The notes under the pieces were generated by a model. It had not been told where the DNA came from. It did not search any database and saw only the letters and a list, made by a program, of their open reading frames with translations. A DNA stretch of 34,710 bases from a virus (taxonomy: Duplodnaviria > Heunggongvirae > Uroviricota > Caudoviricetes), in IMG/VR virus record IMGVR_UViG_3300026484_000248, positions 1 through 34,710 of that record; one strand, written 5' to 3'. A program made the position numbers and the translations under genes. Positions 24,401 through 33,778 of this stretch are shown here, one piece after another. Positions within the stretch are counted from its first letter, which is position 1, and the number at the start of each line of letters is the position of its first letter.

Positions 24401-26191
24401 TTCCCATCTTGGACCATCTATATGATTAGAGTTGAAGCCTTTATCAAAGCTGCAAAGGCTGTTATCGGCAATTAACCAATCCCCACCTATAACCAAATCA
24501 ACTATGTCTCCATCCTCTATATAATTAATATCACCAGTTTCTTCATCTACTATTTTTTCAGGTGCAATATGTCCTTTATTGTAAAGAGGTTTAATTCCAG
24601 TTTCACCTATTCTTCCAGTTAATTTATAGTTACCCGGAGAAAGTCTTGCCCAGTTATCCCCAACCCCATAAAAGTTAGTTTCTTCTATTGTATGGTCATG
24701 CGTAGCGTACAAGTTTTTATAAGGGTCTTTTCCTTCTTCCTTAAGAGATATATACTCTGAATAAGGTATTTCTATATCTTTAGTATTCTGTGCTAAGTGT
24801 AAAGTTGTTGGTCTTTTATTTTCAACATAAGGGGTTTTATCTTTTGTGCTTACTTTATAAGTATAAACTGCTTTATATCTTATTAAACAATTATTTCCTT
24901 TATCCTCTACAACCCTACCATTATAAGAACTTGAACTATCTAAAATAGATTGTCTATCAAAATTATAAGGATTAAAGAATTTTAAGTTTTCAGAAACTGT
25001 TTTTTCACCAAATTTAAGTCTGGCTGAGTACCATTTACCTTCAAAATCTCCTCTAATTCTATATGTAATATCTACATAAGGTCTATCAATAATACTATAT
25101 TCTTGAAAGTCTATACTTTCTATAACTTCAAAAGTTTCACCAAGTAAAGTTCTCTTAACTTTGTTAATGGTCAAAATACCATTTTGAATATTTGAAATTT
25201 TTACTTCTTCTATATCTAAATACTGGATTTCACCTGTAGGAAGTTTAGTCTCTGGATCTTTAACAATTTTAACACTTTGTCTATCATATAAAACCACTCT
25301 ACCATTATATTCTTTAACAATTCTTAGTCCTTCACCTTCAGTGCCATCTAAAGGATTATAATCTATTATTAACCCCTCGCGGTCGTCTTGATCCTTTATA
25401 ACATTAAAGGATTTAACTGTACCAAACATTCCAGATTGTGCTATTTCTACTTGTTTAAGTTCCACTCTAGAATTACCATAACAGATAAGCATTGTCTCCC
25501 CAAGAGTTTCAATCTGCTCTAGACCAAAATAATCTTCCATATTTAAGAAAAGTAATCTTATAAAATTCCAGTTAAAGCCAACTGGATGAGCTAAAGGTAT
25601 TACTGTTTTCTCAAATACTTCTTTATAAAGAGAAGTTTCTACTGTATATTCATAAGGAGTATTTGGATTTTCATTTGTGCCTTCTATAAGTTCGAAAAAA
25701 GAATCGCCATTTAAAGACTGAATGCCTGCCTTATTAATAATATCGTAAACAAAGAAAAAACCAGATTTTGTTCCTTTTTTTGTTTTAAACGAACCTGCTG
25801 CATTAATATATTCCGAATTTATTGACTTATCAATATCAGCCACAATACGCAGGTTATCTATAGGTATGTCTAACGCTTCATATATCCCTTTAAATTTATT
25901 AAATATTTTTTCTGAGTCTTCTATGTTATTAAAAGTTTGGTAAATTTCTTGAAGATGTATTTTAAAAATCTCTTTTCTTACTGTATCTAATCTTTTGTTG
26001 GAAGTTTCTTCATACTTTTCAATAAGGTAATCTGTATCTAGTAATTTTAGTGGTTCATTAGTAGTTTCTTCACGAATTGGCCCGAATGAAGAATTATAAA
26101 TCTCTAGTAATTTTGATATTGTTTCATTTTCTTTTAAATTATTTGGAGTGATAGCATCAAATTGTAGCTCTAATTCTGTTTTTTTTCCCAT
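21500..26191 (-). CDS. Large baseplate wedge subunit, gp7-like, with C-terminal repeats (1563 aa)
   Basis: FKTKKGTKSGFFFVY and LAHPVGF resemble gp7-family motifs (KGT..S; HPAG). Directly downstream of gp6. Confidence 0.6.
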   Translation of the reverse strand: MGKKTELELQFDAITPNNLKENETISKLLEIYNSSFGPIREETTNEPLKLLDTDYLIEKYEETSNKRLDTVRKEIFKIHLQEIYQTFNNIEDSEKIFNKFKGIYEALDIPIDNLRIVADIDKSINSEYINAAGSFKTKKGTKSGFFFVYDIINKAGIQSLNGDSFFELIEGTNENPNTPYEYTVETSLYKEVFEKTVIPLAHPVGFNWNFIRLLFLNMEDYFGLEQIETLGETMLICYGNSRVELKQVEIAQSGMFGTVKSFNVIKDQDDREGLIIDYNPLDGTEGEGLRIVKEYNGRVVLYDRQSVKIVKDPETKLPTGEIQYLDIEEVKISNIQNGILTINKVKRTLLGETFEVIESIDFQEYSIIDRPYVDITYRIRGDFEGKWYSARLKFGEKTVSENLKFFNPYNFDRQSILDSSSSYNGRVVEDKGNNCLIRYKAVYTYKVSTKDKTPYVENKRPTTLHLAQNTKDIEIPYSEYISLKEEGKDPYKNLYATHDHTIEETNFYGVGDNWARLSPGNYKLTGRIGETGIKPLYNKGHIAPEKIVDEETGDINYIEDGDIVDLVIGGDWLIADNSLCSFDKGFNSNHIDGPRWENYFKPKEIDDLALLENPNSVERYIRDNTEWKTKKNSNNNFYTAWEDYNMDIEFNLFKNEKTYKHKLYDFNVEKESEYLRQFDDGVIEDEQGRPLELLETVTHGIKLGEFDIDGEAVCAVKEKKFYVTIGTLPIYGIDQQAFFDLSIGSYEHNYRTRDFDQLVDADPVNLQTKTFETIEVEMEVTELESHNLTEETNDSLEAVTQTIDAGNDLYDRIELFTEIGDFNIGKDIFYPSLNNTAPASIGWLKPVEDNLDFTMMWNLVPNQVEYCYDEFINWNLGDTGYEVGCAYIDGTPYHEEVKAEIYRAKWTYLDDKDSSHSKYESFDFTVYPIMEADFTKEDEDGIIKSAVDLNENIMDHIAHSTVDTEEYSKDEHKLKIGDFNINDTVLYASNHIKPVYIGYDNMFTDDYHFGIGFNINPYFELYTYNTFVEWKVGDERNIGTIDEDNQSILIGSLGYSEYVKADMFRQTWNEVGTGTYDKFEKVNFTPYFTANDSITEDEDGLNKTADDSSLTIINSHNFGFDNFEKDMPVFRIGDFNINGKGSYETGNTRNVLIGYYLNYQEEYNNIISWNVNHLKNNYSYNTYSNWNINEKEQLDIGSDIYIDGYAYHKEVNADVYRGQWNWRYDDISKDSREDYEYIINSEVKSISSKWNTEEKSIQDVILGLTTKEEADFGGDYVYKTNQKVQFIIGEFNIEYTEVYGETVPSFIGYEISYSDVFGFTEIRNMNPTKQEYCYNTYVEWNIGEEDLIIGCNYINGAGYSEMVKADAYRARWNWQVGEQDFNKFENIIFTQENNIIEEFGEIEVKDLVQEEKLLNDSIIDNFHNIKIGDTDLEIGGEVESDDRSHGTINFMIGFEYMLSESANTKETINLCKEEDYTQNKFLEVYIGNSDDKDDCMVIGRDIIGGYMGETFSASAELYRVDWNFHENDERHNSFDHFTCGVYRWDEDEEEWVYLEDNNIEAAS
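21540..23780 (-). repeat. About five degenerate ~140-157-aa protein repeats
   Basis: Recurring IG(D/E)FNI and Y(C/T/S)Y(N/D)..W..G..IG..Y.E.VKA..YR..W motifs spaced roughly 420-470 bp apart. Confidence 0.75.
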
Positions 26192-26199
26192 TAAAAATA

Positions 26200-26230
26200 C
26201 TCCTCATTTTTATATTATTTATATGAGGAG
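26200..26230 (-). promoter_or_regulatory. SD-sequestering hairpin enclosing a late promoter
   Basis: Minus strand CTCCTCAT-ATAAATAATATAAAA-ATGAGGAG. TATAAATA at 26216-26223; GAGGAG is the SD of ATG 26191. Confidence 0.75.
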
Positions 26231-26237
26231 GTAGATA

Positions 26238-29200
26238 TTAAGAAACAAATTCTATAGATTTAAATCTTGAGAAAACATTCCTTACTGATTTAATATTATT
26301 ACTTTTAGGATTAATATTCATTACTCTTGTTTTTTCAGTAAAAGCCTCTCTTGGTAAAGGACAAAGTTTATAACTATAATAATCTTCTCCGATGTCGTTT
26401 TTAAAAATTTCCACTTCCAGGTCATCAGTGTAATCTTTCTTAATATTATCAAATTCTGTATTTTTAAATTCTTGAGCTTTTAAAGTTTCTATCTTTTTCC
26501 CGTCTAAATAAATTAGGCTTCCAGCTTTAACCAATTCACTTTTGTCTGTTTGATGGACTTTATAATAAATTAATTTACCTAAATCTTCTCTTGTATATTT
26601 AGTTCCTACTCCGTCTTCGTTATCGTGAACTCTTTCTTCTTCTAGCATTTTTTCAGTAACAACAGATTGAGCATCAATATGCCAATGAGTATGAGAATTT
26701 AATTCAAGTCTAATTATTTTTTCTGTTTTATGAATCCAATAACTTCCTACTTTAAAAGTTTCTGCTGTTTCATCATTTTTATTTTTAGTGTACATAATAT
26801 TAATTTCAGTTGTCTCAGATTTTGAGTTAGTTAAAATATCTTCACTTACATTATTGGCATCCCTTGATTTAAAAGTTCCGTCATTAAGTTCCATATATAA
26901 ATAATCCCCAAATCTTAAAAACCCTTCTGTGTTACAATTAGTTAAATGAGAAACATTCATCCTTCCTCTTCTAGTAACAATACTATTAACTATTGTACTT
27001 TCTTCGTATAAATCTTCAATAGGCCAATCCAAAGGCATAGTAAACTTCCAATCATCGTTATCCCCAATAAGACCAGAGTTATTATCTGTATTAGTTAAAT
27101 CTGTCATTGTAGCATTAATAAAACATCCTTTGTCTGGTGCATATAAACTATCATATAAATCTACACTAAAAGAAACATCAACCTCGATACCGTAATCATC
27201 CCCAATCTTTTCATCAACAGATCTAATCATACTAGAAGTATAAAAAGTCGTATCAAAATGTTCTATTTCTCTTGTAAAGAAGCTTTTTACATTTAAAAAA
27301 ATTTCTTCATTTGTTTCATCTATAGTTTGCCCAAATTTGTATTTAAAGACTTTTACTTCAAGTTTATAATCCATATAAATTGGTTTAACATAATTTAGCT
27401 GTAAAGTAATAATTTTATAATTATCCAGCATATTAAAAATAACATTTTGATCTTTATTATTCTTCTTAGAATCGTATCTTTCTTTACCTGTAATTTGATA
27501 AAAACTTGTAAAGAAAAGCTCAGGATTATCTGTGTTCTTCAAAGAATACTTAGAATTTAATTTTGCATATCCCTGTGGTCTTGAGTAAGGAATGAAACTA
27601 AAATAGATATGCCCGGGTTTATTGACAGGAGTTTCTTCTTCTCCACCCCAGATTTGAGCACTCTGAATAAACTGTTGCGCTTCACAAATTGTTTTATAAT
27701 CATTTTTTGTTACTGCCCTATTTGCAGTATTACTAAATAAAGGTGCTGTTTCTCTAATACTATCTGTATCTTGTATCTCTGTGCCTTCAATATGCAAAAC
27801 ATTTGGGGTTAAAGTTTCCTCTATATAGAACTTAGCTTCAAAATTTTCATCAAGTGGTTCTATTAAAGCATTAGTTGCTCCTTGAGGCCCTTTAGAAGTT
27901 AAAACATTTATTTTGACTGTCATATCTTGCGATAAAGGAGTTCCTGTTCCCGCATATTTAGTATAAATATTAATATAATCTTCGTATTCCTCATCTGACA
28001 TTACAACAAACGATTTTTTACCTCCTGTGCTCTGCTCTGCTAGTAAATAATCTCTTTTATTCCAAGGTATATCGTATTCTATTCCTTCTTCTTGTACTCT
28101 AGTGATAAATACTTCTATACCGTCATCTTCTATGTCGTCATTTCTTATTGTAAAATGTCCGGCATCTACCATATCCCTTGTAATAGGAACGGTAAGCTCA
28201 GGATTACTATAGATTATTTTAGGAATCGGAAGATTTAATTTAGTAGCCTTTTCCCTTTCTAATTTAGAATCTTCTGTTTCATCATTCCATCTTCTAATAT
28301 TCCCCTCTTTAACAATAATTTCTATTTCGTCTTTAACATTTGTAGCATAAACACTAGCGAAAGTAAACTCAGGATCGTAAGGTTTATAACCTATTATCTC
28401 TTCAGTTGCTGGATCTATAATTTCTTCACTATAGCTAAATCTTGTTTTTCTAAAAGGAGTCTTTATTAGTTTATCTATTCTTACTGGGTCTTTCCCTTCT
28501 ACCGCACAATAACAATTATGAAATTCGTTATTATGAGATCTTATAGAAGGTTTATCTTTTGAAATATCAAAAAATAAAACATTAGTTTCTGAGTTAAAAT
28601 CAGAAGCATAAAATCCATCCCACCCGTCTGGCATATTAACTGGGTCATAATCGTTCTCGTTTTCTTTAGTTTCTCCTCTAAAATCTGAGAAAAAGATTCT
28701 TTTAGCTAAATATCCGTCTTTGTCGTGAGTATAATTATATCTTAGTTTTACTTCAGCTGATGAAATATCTTTATCACAAGTATAAGAAATTACTATAACT
28801 GCTTTTTCTAAAGGAATATAGAAATCGTATTCTATTTCAGCTGTATAATTATCATATTCGTCAGTTACCTCTCCGTCGTCTTTTGTTAAAGTTACAGAAG
28901 AAGCTGTAAATGTAAAGTGACTCTCATCTATAATACTTTTATTGCCGTTTGAGTCGGTAACTATAACTGAATTAATTATTTTATTAGTTTCTTCTATAAG
29001 AGTAATGAACCCCTCCTTTATTTCTAAATTCTTATCAATTTTTGTTTTAATCTGCTCATTAATAGTTATTTCATTTTCATTATAATTAATAGACTCGTTA
29101 GCGATATTTTTTATAGTTATCTCGTCGTTATAAGTTATTTCTACACTGCCTAAAGTATCGGCAATTATATCTTCATCAGCTTTAACTTTAACTTTATGGG

Positions 29201-30200
29201 TTATTTCATCTAGAACTACTGCCGTCTTTTCAGTATCAGGCACAAAAGTTTCCGTAATATCTATAGTATTAATAGGTAATTTTATATTATTTCCTTCTAT
29301 TAAAACATTATTTAAGTCAATATGGATTTCGTCTCCATAATCTACTAAAACTAATTCGTCTATACTAATAATAGGGTTTTCAGTAGGAATTTCCATCGTA
29401 AAATAAGTTTTGTTTTTTATAAGGTTTGTATTTAGATGCTGAGTAGTTACTGGCATAGGAAAGGTTGTTCCATTGTTTTCTAAAGTTAATTGAATTCTAA
29501 AATTATTATGGGCTATATCAGTCACAAAAGTATCTATTGTCCCAATTTTAATAAAGTTTCTGAAACCACTTGATCGAGTTCCGTCTGTTATAAATACTTC
29601 TTGCCCATATTGAGAATACAAAGGGAGTTTCTCCCCCTCAACAATTTCTAGAAGTAGTCTTGGAGTCCCTACTGGTTCTTTGTGTAGGATTTTACATATT
29701 TGTCCTTCTTCTGTTACTAAATATTTATTTTTAGATAAGGAATTGCTTAAATAAACAGCAGCTAGCTTATTATTATTTTCATTAGTAAGTATTTTAATAT
29801 AGGCATAAGTTCCATAAACATCAAGAATACTTTCACCGAAGTAAACATAGTTATTACCATTACTTGAAAAGTTCGAATATTTATTAAGAGTAACTTCCCC
29901 AGATTTAACTACTTTAAGTTTTATTCTATATTGAAAAGATACTTTTCTTTTATGAGTATAACCCATTTGTCTAGCATGCTTAATAACATTTCGTCTATCT
30001 GATGCCTGAGAAATAAACATTTCATTAAGCCCGAAAGTAAAGTTAGTATTACTAATAACAGTCGAGTAAGCTAATAAATTTATTAATTGTGAAACATTAG
30101 ATCCTTCATATTCAGCATCTTTTATTCCAAATTCTTCAATAGCTTTTCGTTTTAATTCGTTTTTTATTTCGTCCAATTCATATGGTACTACTTCTAACAT
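26238..30200 (-). CDS. gp6: Baseplate wedge subunit gp6, enlarged (1320 aa)
   Basis: DAEYEGSNVSQLINLLAY..NEMFISQASDRRNVIKHARQMGY, plus IRETAP..NRAVTKNDY..WGGEE. Confidence 0.9.
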   Translation of the reverse strand: MLEVVPYELDEIKNELKRKAIEEFGIKDAEYEGSNVSQLINLLAYSTVISNTNFTFGLNEMFISQASDRRNVIKHARQMGYTHKRKVSFQYRIKLKVVKSGEVTLNKYSNFSSNGNNYVYFGESILDVYGTYAYIKILTNENNNKLAAVYLSNSLSKNKYLVTEEGQICKILHKEPVGTPRLLLEIVEGEKLPLYSQYGQEVFITDGTRSSGFRNFIKIGTIDTFVTDIAHNNFRIQLTLENNGTTFPMPVTTQHLNTNLIKNKTYFTMEIPTENPIISIDELVLVDYGDEIHIDLNNVLIEGNNIKLPINTIDITETFVPDTEKTAVVLDEITHKVKVKADEDIIADTLGSVEITYNDEITIKNIANESINYNENEITINEQIKTKIDKNLEIKEGFITLIEETNKIINSVIVTDSNGNKSIIDESHFTFTASSVTLTKDDGEVTDEYDNYTAEIEYDFYIPLEKAVIVISYTCDKDISSAEVKLRYNYTHDKDGYLAKRIFFSDFRGETKENENDYDPVNMPDGWDGFYASDFNSETNVLFFDISKDKPSIRSHNNEFHNCYCAVEGKDPVRIDKLIKTPFRKTRFSYSEEIIDPATEEIIGYKPYDPEFTFASVYATNVKDEIEIIVKEGNIRRWNDETEDSKLEREKATKLNLPIPKIIYSNPELTVPITRDMVDAGHFTIRNDDIEDDGIEVFITRVQEEGIEYDIPWNKRDYLLAEQSTGGKKSFVVMSDEEYEDYINIYTKYAGTGTPLSQDMTVKINVLTSKGPQGATNALIEPLDENFEAKFYIEETLTPNVLHIEGTEIQDTDSIRETAPLFSNTANRAVTKNDYKTICEAQQFIQSAQIWGGEEETPVNKPGHIYFSFIPYSRPQGYAKLNSKYSLKNTDNPELFFTSFYQITGKERYDSKKNNKDQNVIFNMLDNYKIITLQLNYVKPIYMDYKLEVKVFKYKFGQTIDETNEEIFLNVKSFFTREIEHFDTTFYTSSMIRSVDEKIGDDYGIEVDVSFSVDLYDSLYAPDKGCFINATMTDLTNTDNNSGLIGDNDDWKFTMPLDWPIEDLYEESTIVNSIVTRRGRMNVSHLTNCNTEGFLRFGDYLYMELNDGTFKSRDANNVSEDILTNSKSETTEINIMYTKNKNDETAETFKVGSYWIHKTEKIIRLELNSHTHWHIDAQSVVTEKMLEEERVHDNEDGVGTKYTREDLGKLIYYKVHQTDKSELVKAGSLIYLDGKKIETLKAQEFKNTEFDNIKKDYTDDLEVEIFKNDIGEDYYSYKLCPLPREAFTEKTRVMNINPKSNNIKSVRNVFSRFKSIEFVS

Positions 30201-30219
30201 ATCTGTACTCCTTTATTCT

Positions 30220-30227
30220 TATTTATA
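30220..30227 (-). promoter_or_regulatory. T4-type late promoter TATAAATA
   Basis: Exact motif overlapping the gp25 stop, upstream of the gp6 SD. Confidence 0.65.
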
Positions 30228-30579
30228 CATTTACCTTATAAATGTATTTTAATTCTTGATTTTGTGTGTCCCCTTTTATGGTAAAATAAATTGCAATTAT
30301 TATTCTATTATAATCTGGGTCATCATTTACTTCTACTTTAGTTATTTTTACTCTTGGTTCCCATCGCTCAACTGCATACCTAATATCCTCTTCTATAAGT
30401 TGAGCTATTAGTGGGTCTAAAAACTCAAAAAGATATCTGGACATTAGGCATCCAAATTCCGGATGTCCTGGTACCGAACCTACTGGTGTTGCTATTATAT
30501 TTTGTAAAGATGCCATTACAGCATCGGCATTTTTTAAGACACCTGTTTTATAGTTGCTTGGTATATCTACGTAATTCAT
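30223..30579 (-). CDS. gp25: Baseplate wedge subunit gp25
   Basis: AVMASLQNIIATPVGSVPGHPEFGC..IRYAVERWEPRVKI. Confidence 0.92.
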   Translation of the reverse strand: MNYVDIPSNYKTGVLKNADAVMASLQNIIATPVGSVPGHPEFGCLMSRYLFEFLDPLIAQLIEEDIRYAVERWEPRVKITKVEVNDDPDYNRIIIAIYFTIKGDTQNQELKYIYKVNV

Positions 30580-30587
30580 ATATCCTC

Positions 30588-31607
30588 CTAAAATAGGTTA
30601 TTTACAATATTATCTCTAGATTGTGACATACTTGAGACTATAGAAGAAAAGGGGTTTTTGTCATCAGGAACTTTTGCTTTTTTTACCTTTGCTGCAGCTT
30701 CAGCGGCTATTTGCCGTTTAACATTTAAATACTGAAAATATCTATTTTGTAATTTATTACATTCTTTTAACTGTTCTGGTGTTAAATCTTCAAAAAATTT
30801 AAAGAATCTTATGCTACCATTACCCATATCTATAGGCATTATAAATTTTGTCTTGTTTTTATCATACCATAAAAAGTCGTCTTGCATAATTGAATCCTTT
30901 AAAGGACGACAGTTAGATTCTATACATCTAGTAATATCCCTCCAATCCTTATAATCATTTAAATAATTTGTACTAACTAAATATTCACTTAAGCTATCTA
31001 TCATTTCAAATAAAGGAAGGTCAGCTGGATTTATTCTGTCCGCCAGTACTTTCTTAATTACATTATTTGCTGATTTAATCATAGAATTCATACTCCCAGT
31101 AAAAGAATTTAACGCACTATTAATATATTTATTAGCACTTCCTGTTAATTTATTAGCACTACCTACGGCACTATTAAATGGGTCAAGTATATCCCCCATC
31201 AACCCAGGTCCTTTAGTGCTTAATTTACCACTTAAAGTATCGGCGAGACATATAGGAATATCACTGATTTTCGGAGCTGTAATTTTTGAAATACTCAAGT
31301 CCATATTAAAACCACTCAACTGAGGTAATTCAAACCCTATATCTGAGGGCATTCCCAATTTTAATTTAAGTATCGGTTCTATTCTATCTACTATTATTTC
31401 CCCACCTAAATGAGAACTTCTTAACTTAAGAGTTATAGCAGTATGTTTAATTGAAGCTTCAACACAAGCTGCTCCTGTTGCAAAATTTTCAAAATCTACT
31501 ACATTAGGCACTTCAGGCAAAGAAGGCTTATCTATATTAGCCATAGCGGCTTCTAAATAGTATCCTTTATTTAATAATTCATTAGCATCTTCCAATCCAA
31601 ATCCCAT
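30588..31607 (-). CDS. Hypothetical protein between gp5 and gp25
   Basis: 339-aa ORF with its own late promoter and SD. No recognised motif. Confidence 0.6.
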   Translation of the reverse strand: MGFGLEDANELLNKGYYLEAAMANIDKPSLPEVPNVVDFENFATGAACVEASIKHTAITLKLRSSHLGGEIIVDRIEPILKLKLGMPSDIGFELPQLSGFNMDLSISKITAPKISDIPICLADTLSGKLSTKGPGLMGDILDPFNSAVGSANKLTGSANKYINSALNSFTGSMNSMIKSANNVIKKVLADRINPADLPLFEMIDSLSEYLVSTNYLNDYKDWRDITRCIESNCRPLKDSIMQDDFLWYDKNKTKFIMPIDMGNGSIRFFKFFEDLTPEQLKECNKLQNRYFQYLNVKRQIAAEAAAKVKKAKVPDDKNPFSSIVSSMSQSRDNIVNNLF

Positions 31608-31625
31608 AGAAACTCCTTTTAAAAG

Positions 31626-31633
31626 TATTTATA
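31626..31633 (-). promoter_or_regulatory. T4-type late promoter TATAAATA
   Basis: Exact motif upstream of SD AAGGAG and ATG 31607. Confidence 0.7.
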
Positions 31634-31637
31634 AAAA

Positions 31638-32651
31638 TTAATTTAATTTAATTACTCCTGCTTTAATAATAATACTAGGCCCTCCATTTGTTTTTTGTCC
31701 TGCTGAATATGTCTCTGTTACTGCGCCTGTTACCTTAACATCCATTGTAGCCTTATAAATTTGTGCCACTTTACCTTTGATGGTTTCTTTGTGATCTCCC
31801 CCTACTAAAATTGTTTCTTTGGCATCATATTTTGTTTCAACATCAGCCTGGACAGTTGTTCTTTGATTCATTTTAACTAAACGATTGTAATCTTTATTAA
31901 CTATTTCATATCTATTATCTACAGTCTTAAACATATAGTCACCTTTTTCTTGTATTTCCCAATAAGTGCCCGATTTATGAAAAAAGTGAATCCTCTCATT
32001 TCCGGGCGAACTATCATATTCCACAAAAGAATGCCCTACAGTTTCAAAGACAGTATTATTTGGATATTTTGCTGCTGAAGTTTTTTCAAGAATCTCGTCC
32101 CAAGTTCCGCCAGTACTTGTAGGAATTCCTTTGTCTTTATTAGCATCTCTGATTTTTTTAATAGGAGTCTCAGCAAACTTTCTATTGGCAGCAAGCCTAT
32201 TAATATCGGGTTCTGATAATCTTTTTTTGATGGGATATACTTTATCAGGGTCGTGAAAACCGCCAGTTGCTTTATCAGCACCAGGCCCTTGTTTTGTTGA
32301 GACCCCATAAATTATACCAGTTATAATTGGCCTATTCCAATCTCCACCGTCTAAAAATACCCATACCCAGGTTCCTTTAACTGGAACTGCCGAAATACCT
32401 ATCCCAGACATTCCACCGTGAAATCCTGTGCTAACTGCTAACTCTGCCCAAGGTAGTTCTGCTGTAGGAGTTCCTATATTTTTACCGGTTCTTTTAGCAT
32501 TTTCAGAATGAATTCCTAATATTCTTACTTTACATCTACCTAAAGGTCCTCCCTTTTCGCCCGAATCATCATTATCTTCTACTACTGCCCGATAAAAAAC
32601 ATTTTGAGTAGGATTAAGATTATGTAAGTGATCTGCATTATTTAAAAACAT
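31638..32651 (-). CDS. gp5: Baseplate central spike gp5-like (OB-fold + beta-helix, no lysozyme domain)
   Basis: AVVED..LGRCKVRILGIH..ELPWA..GTWVWVFLDGGD..RPIITG, then YPNNTVFET..GNERIHFFHKSGTYWEI. Confidence 0.88.
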   Translation of the reverse strand: MFLNNADHLHNLNPTQNVFYRAVVEDNDDSGEKGGPLGRCKVRILGIHSENAKRTGKNIGTPTAELPWAELAVSTGFHGGMSGIGISAVPVKGTWVWVFLDGGDWNRPIITGIIYGVSTKQGPGADKATGGFHDPDKVYPIKKRLSEPDINRLAANRKFAETPIKKIRDANKDKGIPTSTGGTWDEILEKTSAAKYPNNTVFETVGHSFVEYDSSPGNERIHFFHKSGTYWEIQEKGDYMFKTVDNRYEIVNKDYNRLVKMNQRTTVQADVETKYDAKETILVGGDHKETIKGKVAQIYKATMDVKVTGAVTETYSAGQKTNGGPSIIIKAGVIKLN

Positions 32652-32662
32652 TTTATCTCCTT

Positions 32663-33778
32663 CTATTTACTAAATTTAGCTCTTGCCAAAGTTAAACGCT
32701 GTATAAAATCAGTCGGTGTAATGATGTCTACACATTCTATAATTAACCACTCACCATTAATATTTGCTTCAGGTTCAGTTATTTTTACACTATTAACAAA
32801 ATCTAACTCTACTATTTCTCCAATATTAGTACTAAATTGCCCTGGCACTATCATTTCTAAAGTAACACTTTTAAAAGCATTTTTGCCCCACATCATTTTT
32901 ACATTATCTTTAATATGATAATCTGTTTTATAAAAATGCTTGTTACCAGTTCCGGGCAATTTTAAATCTTTACTTCCTTTACTTCCTAGTTCCCCTAAAG
33001 CTTTCTTAAAGTCGTTATCAGTCCACTTAGCATGTTTATTAGACGGGTCAAAACTTGCTACTTTTCCTGTTGCTTGAAATGTATTAGCTTCAATAAGATT
33101 ACCAAAGTTAGAACTAAACTCAAATACTCTTCTTTTATATGAGGTATTGGGAGTCTTAAGCATAAATTTATCTTTTGAATTACTTTCGCTAAAAAGTTTT
33201 TTTAAAGGTTGAATAACAAATTCTTCCCTTGTCTGGAACCACATCATATTATTATTTTTGGCTAACCAGTGTGAAACTACATTAAAAGGAACATGCAGAG
33301 GCATAACAAAATTTTCATGCTTTTCTGCTGGTTTTCCAAAGTTTTTTTTCTTCCCTACCAATAAAGGTTTCATAGTTTCATCGTGGTCTATTATTCCTAC
33401 CATATCTTCTTTTTTCCAGCTCATTTCATTGTACATTTGAGTAGTAGCAATTGTTATGGGGTCGAGTAATTCTAAAGATGTTAATAATTGATTCTCATTA
33501 CTTTTAGTATAAGACACTTTTATAACCCTAAATTCTTGCTTTGAAACATTTCCTTCTGAATCTGTTAAAGCCATTACAAATTTATTATCACCTCTAATAG
33601 GTAAGTTTTCAACAAGACTACTAATATCTCTAAATAATAAAGTTCCTACTATTTTAAAGTTTTCTATACTCCATTTTACCTTAAGGCTAATTATTTGAGC
33701 ATTAGAAAGTTTTACTCCGTCTATAGTTAAACTAAAATCTTTTAATTGATTATCTTCTATACCTAAAACATATCCCAT
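32663..33778 (-). CDS. Baseplate hub protein, gp27-like
   Basis: 371 aa between gp53 and gp5. C-terminal PGQF..IGEIVEL..GEWLIIEC is typical of hub (gp27/gpD) folds. Confidence 0.55.
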   Translation of the reverse strand: MGYVLGIEDNQLKDFSLTIDGVKLSNAQIISLKVKWSIENFKIVGTLLFRDISSLVENLPIRGDNKFVMALTDSEGNVSKQEFRVIKVSYTKSNENQLLTSLELLDPITIATTQMYNEMSWKKEDMVGIIDHDETMKPLLVGKKKNFGKPAEKHENFVMPLHVPFNVVSHWLAKNNNMMWFQTREEFVIQPLKKLFSESNSKDKFMLKTPNTSYKRRVFEFSSNFGNLIEANTFQATGKVASFDPSNKHAKWTDNDFKKALGELGSKGSKDLKLPGTGNKHFYKTDYHIKDNVKMMWGKNAFKSVTLEMIVPGQFSTNIGEIVELDFVNSVKITEPEANINGEWLIIECVDIITPTDFIQRLTLARAKFSK

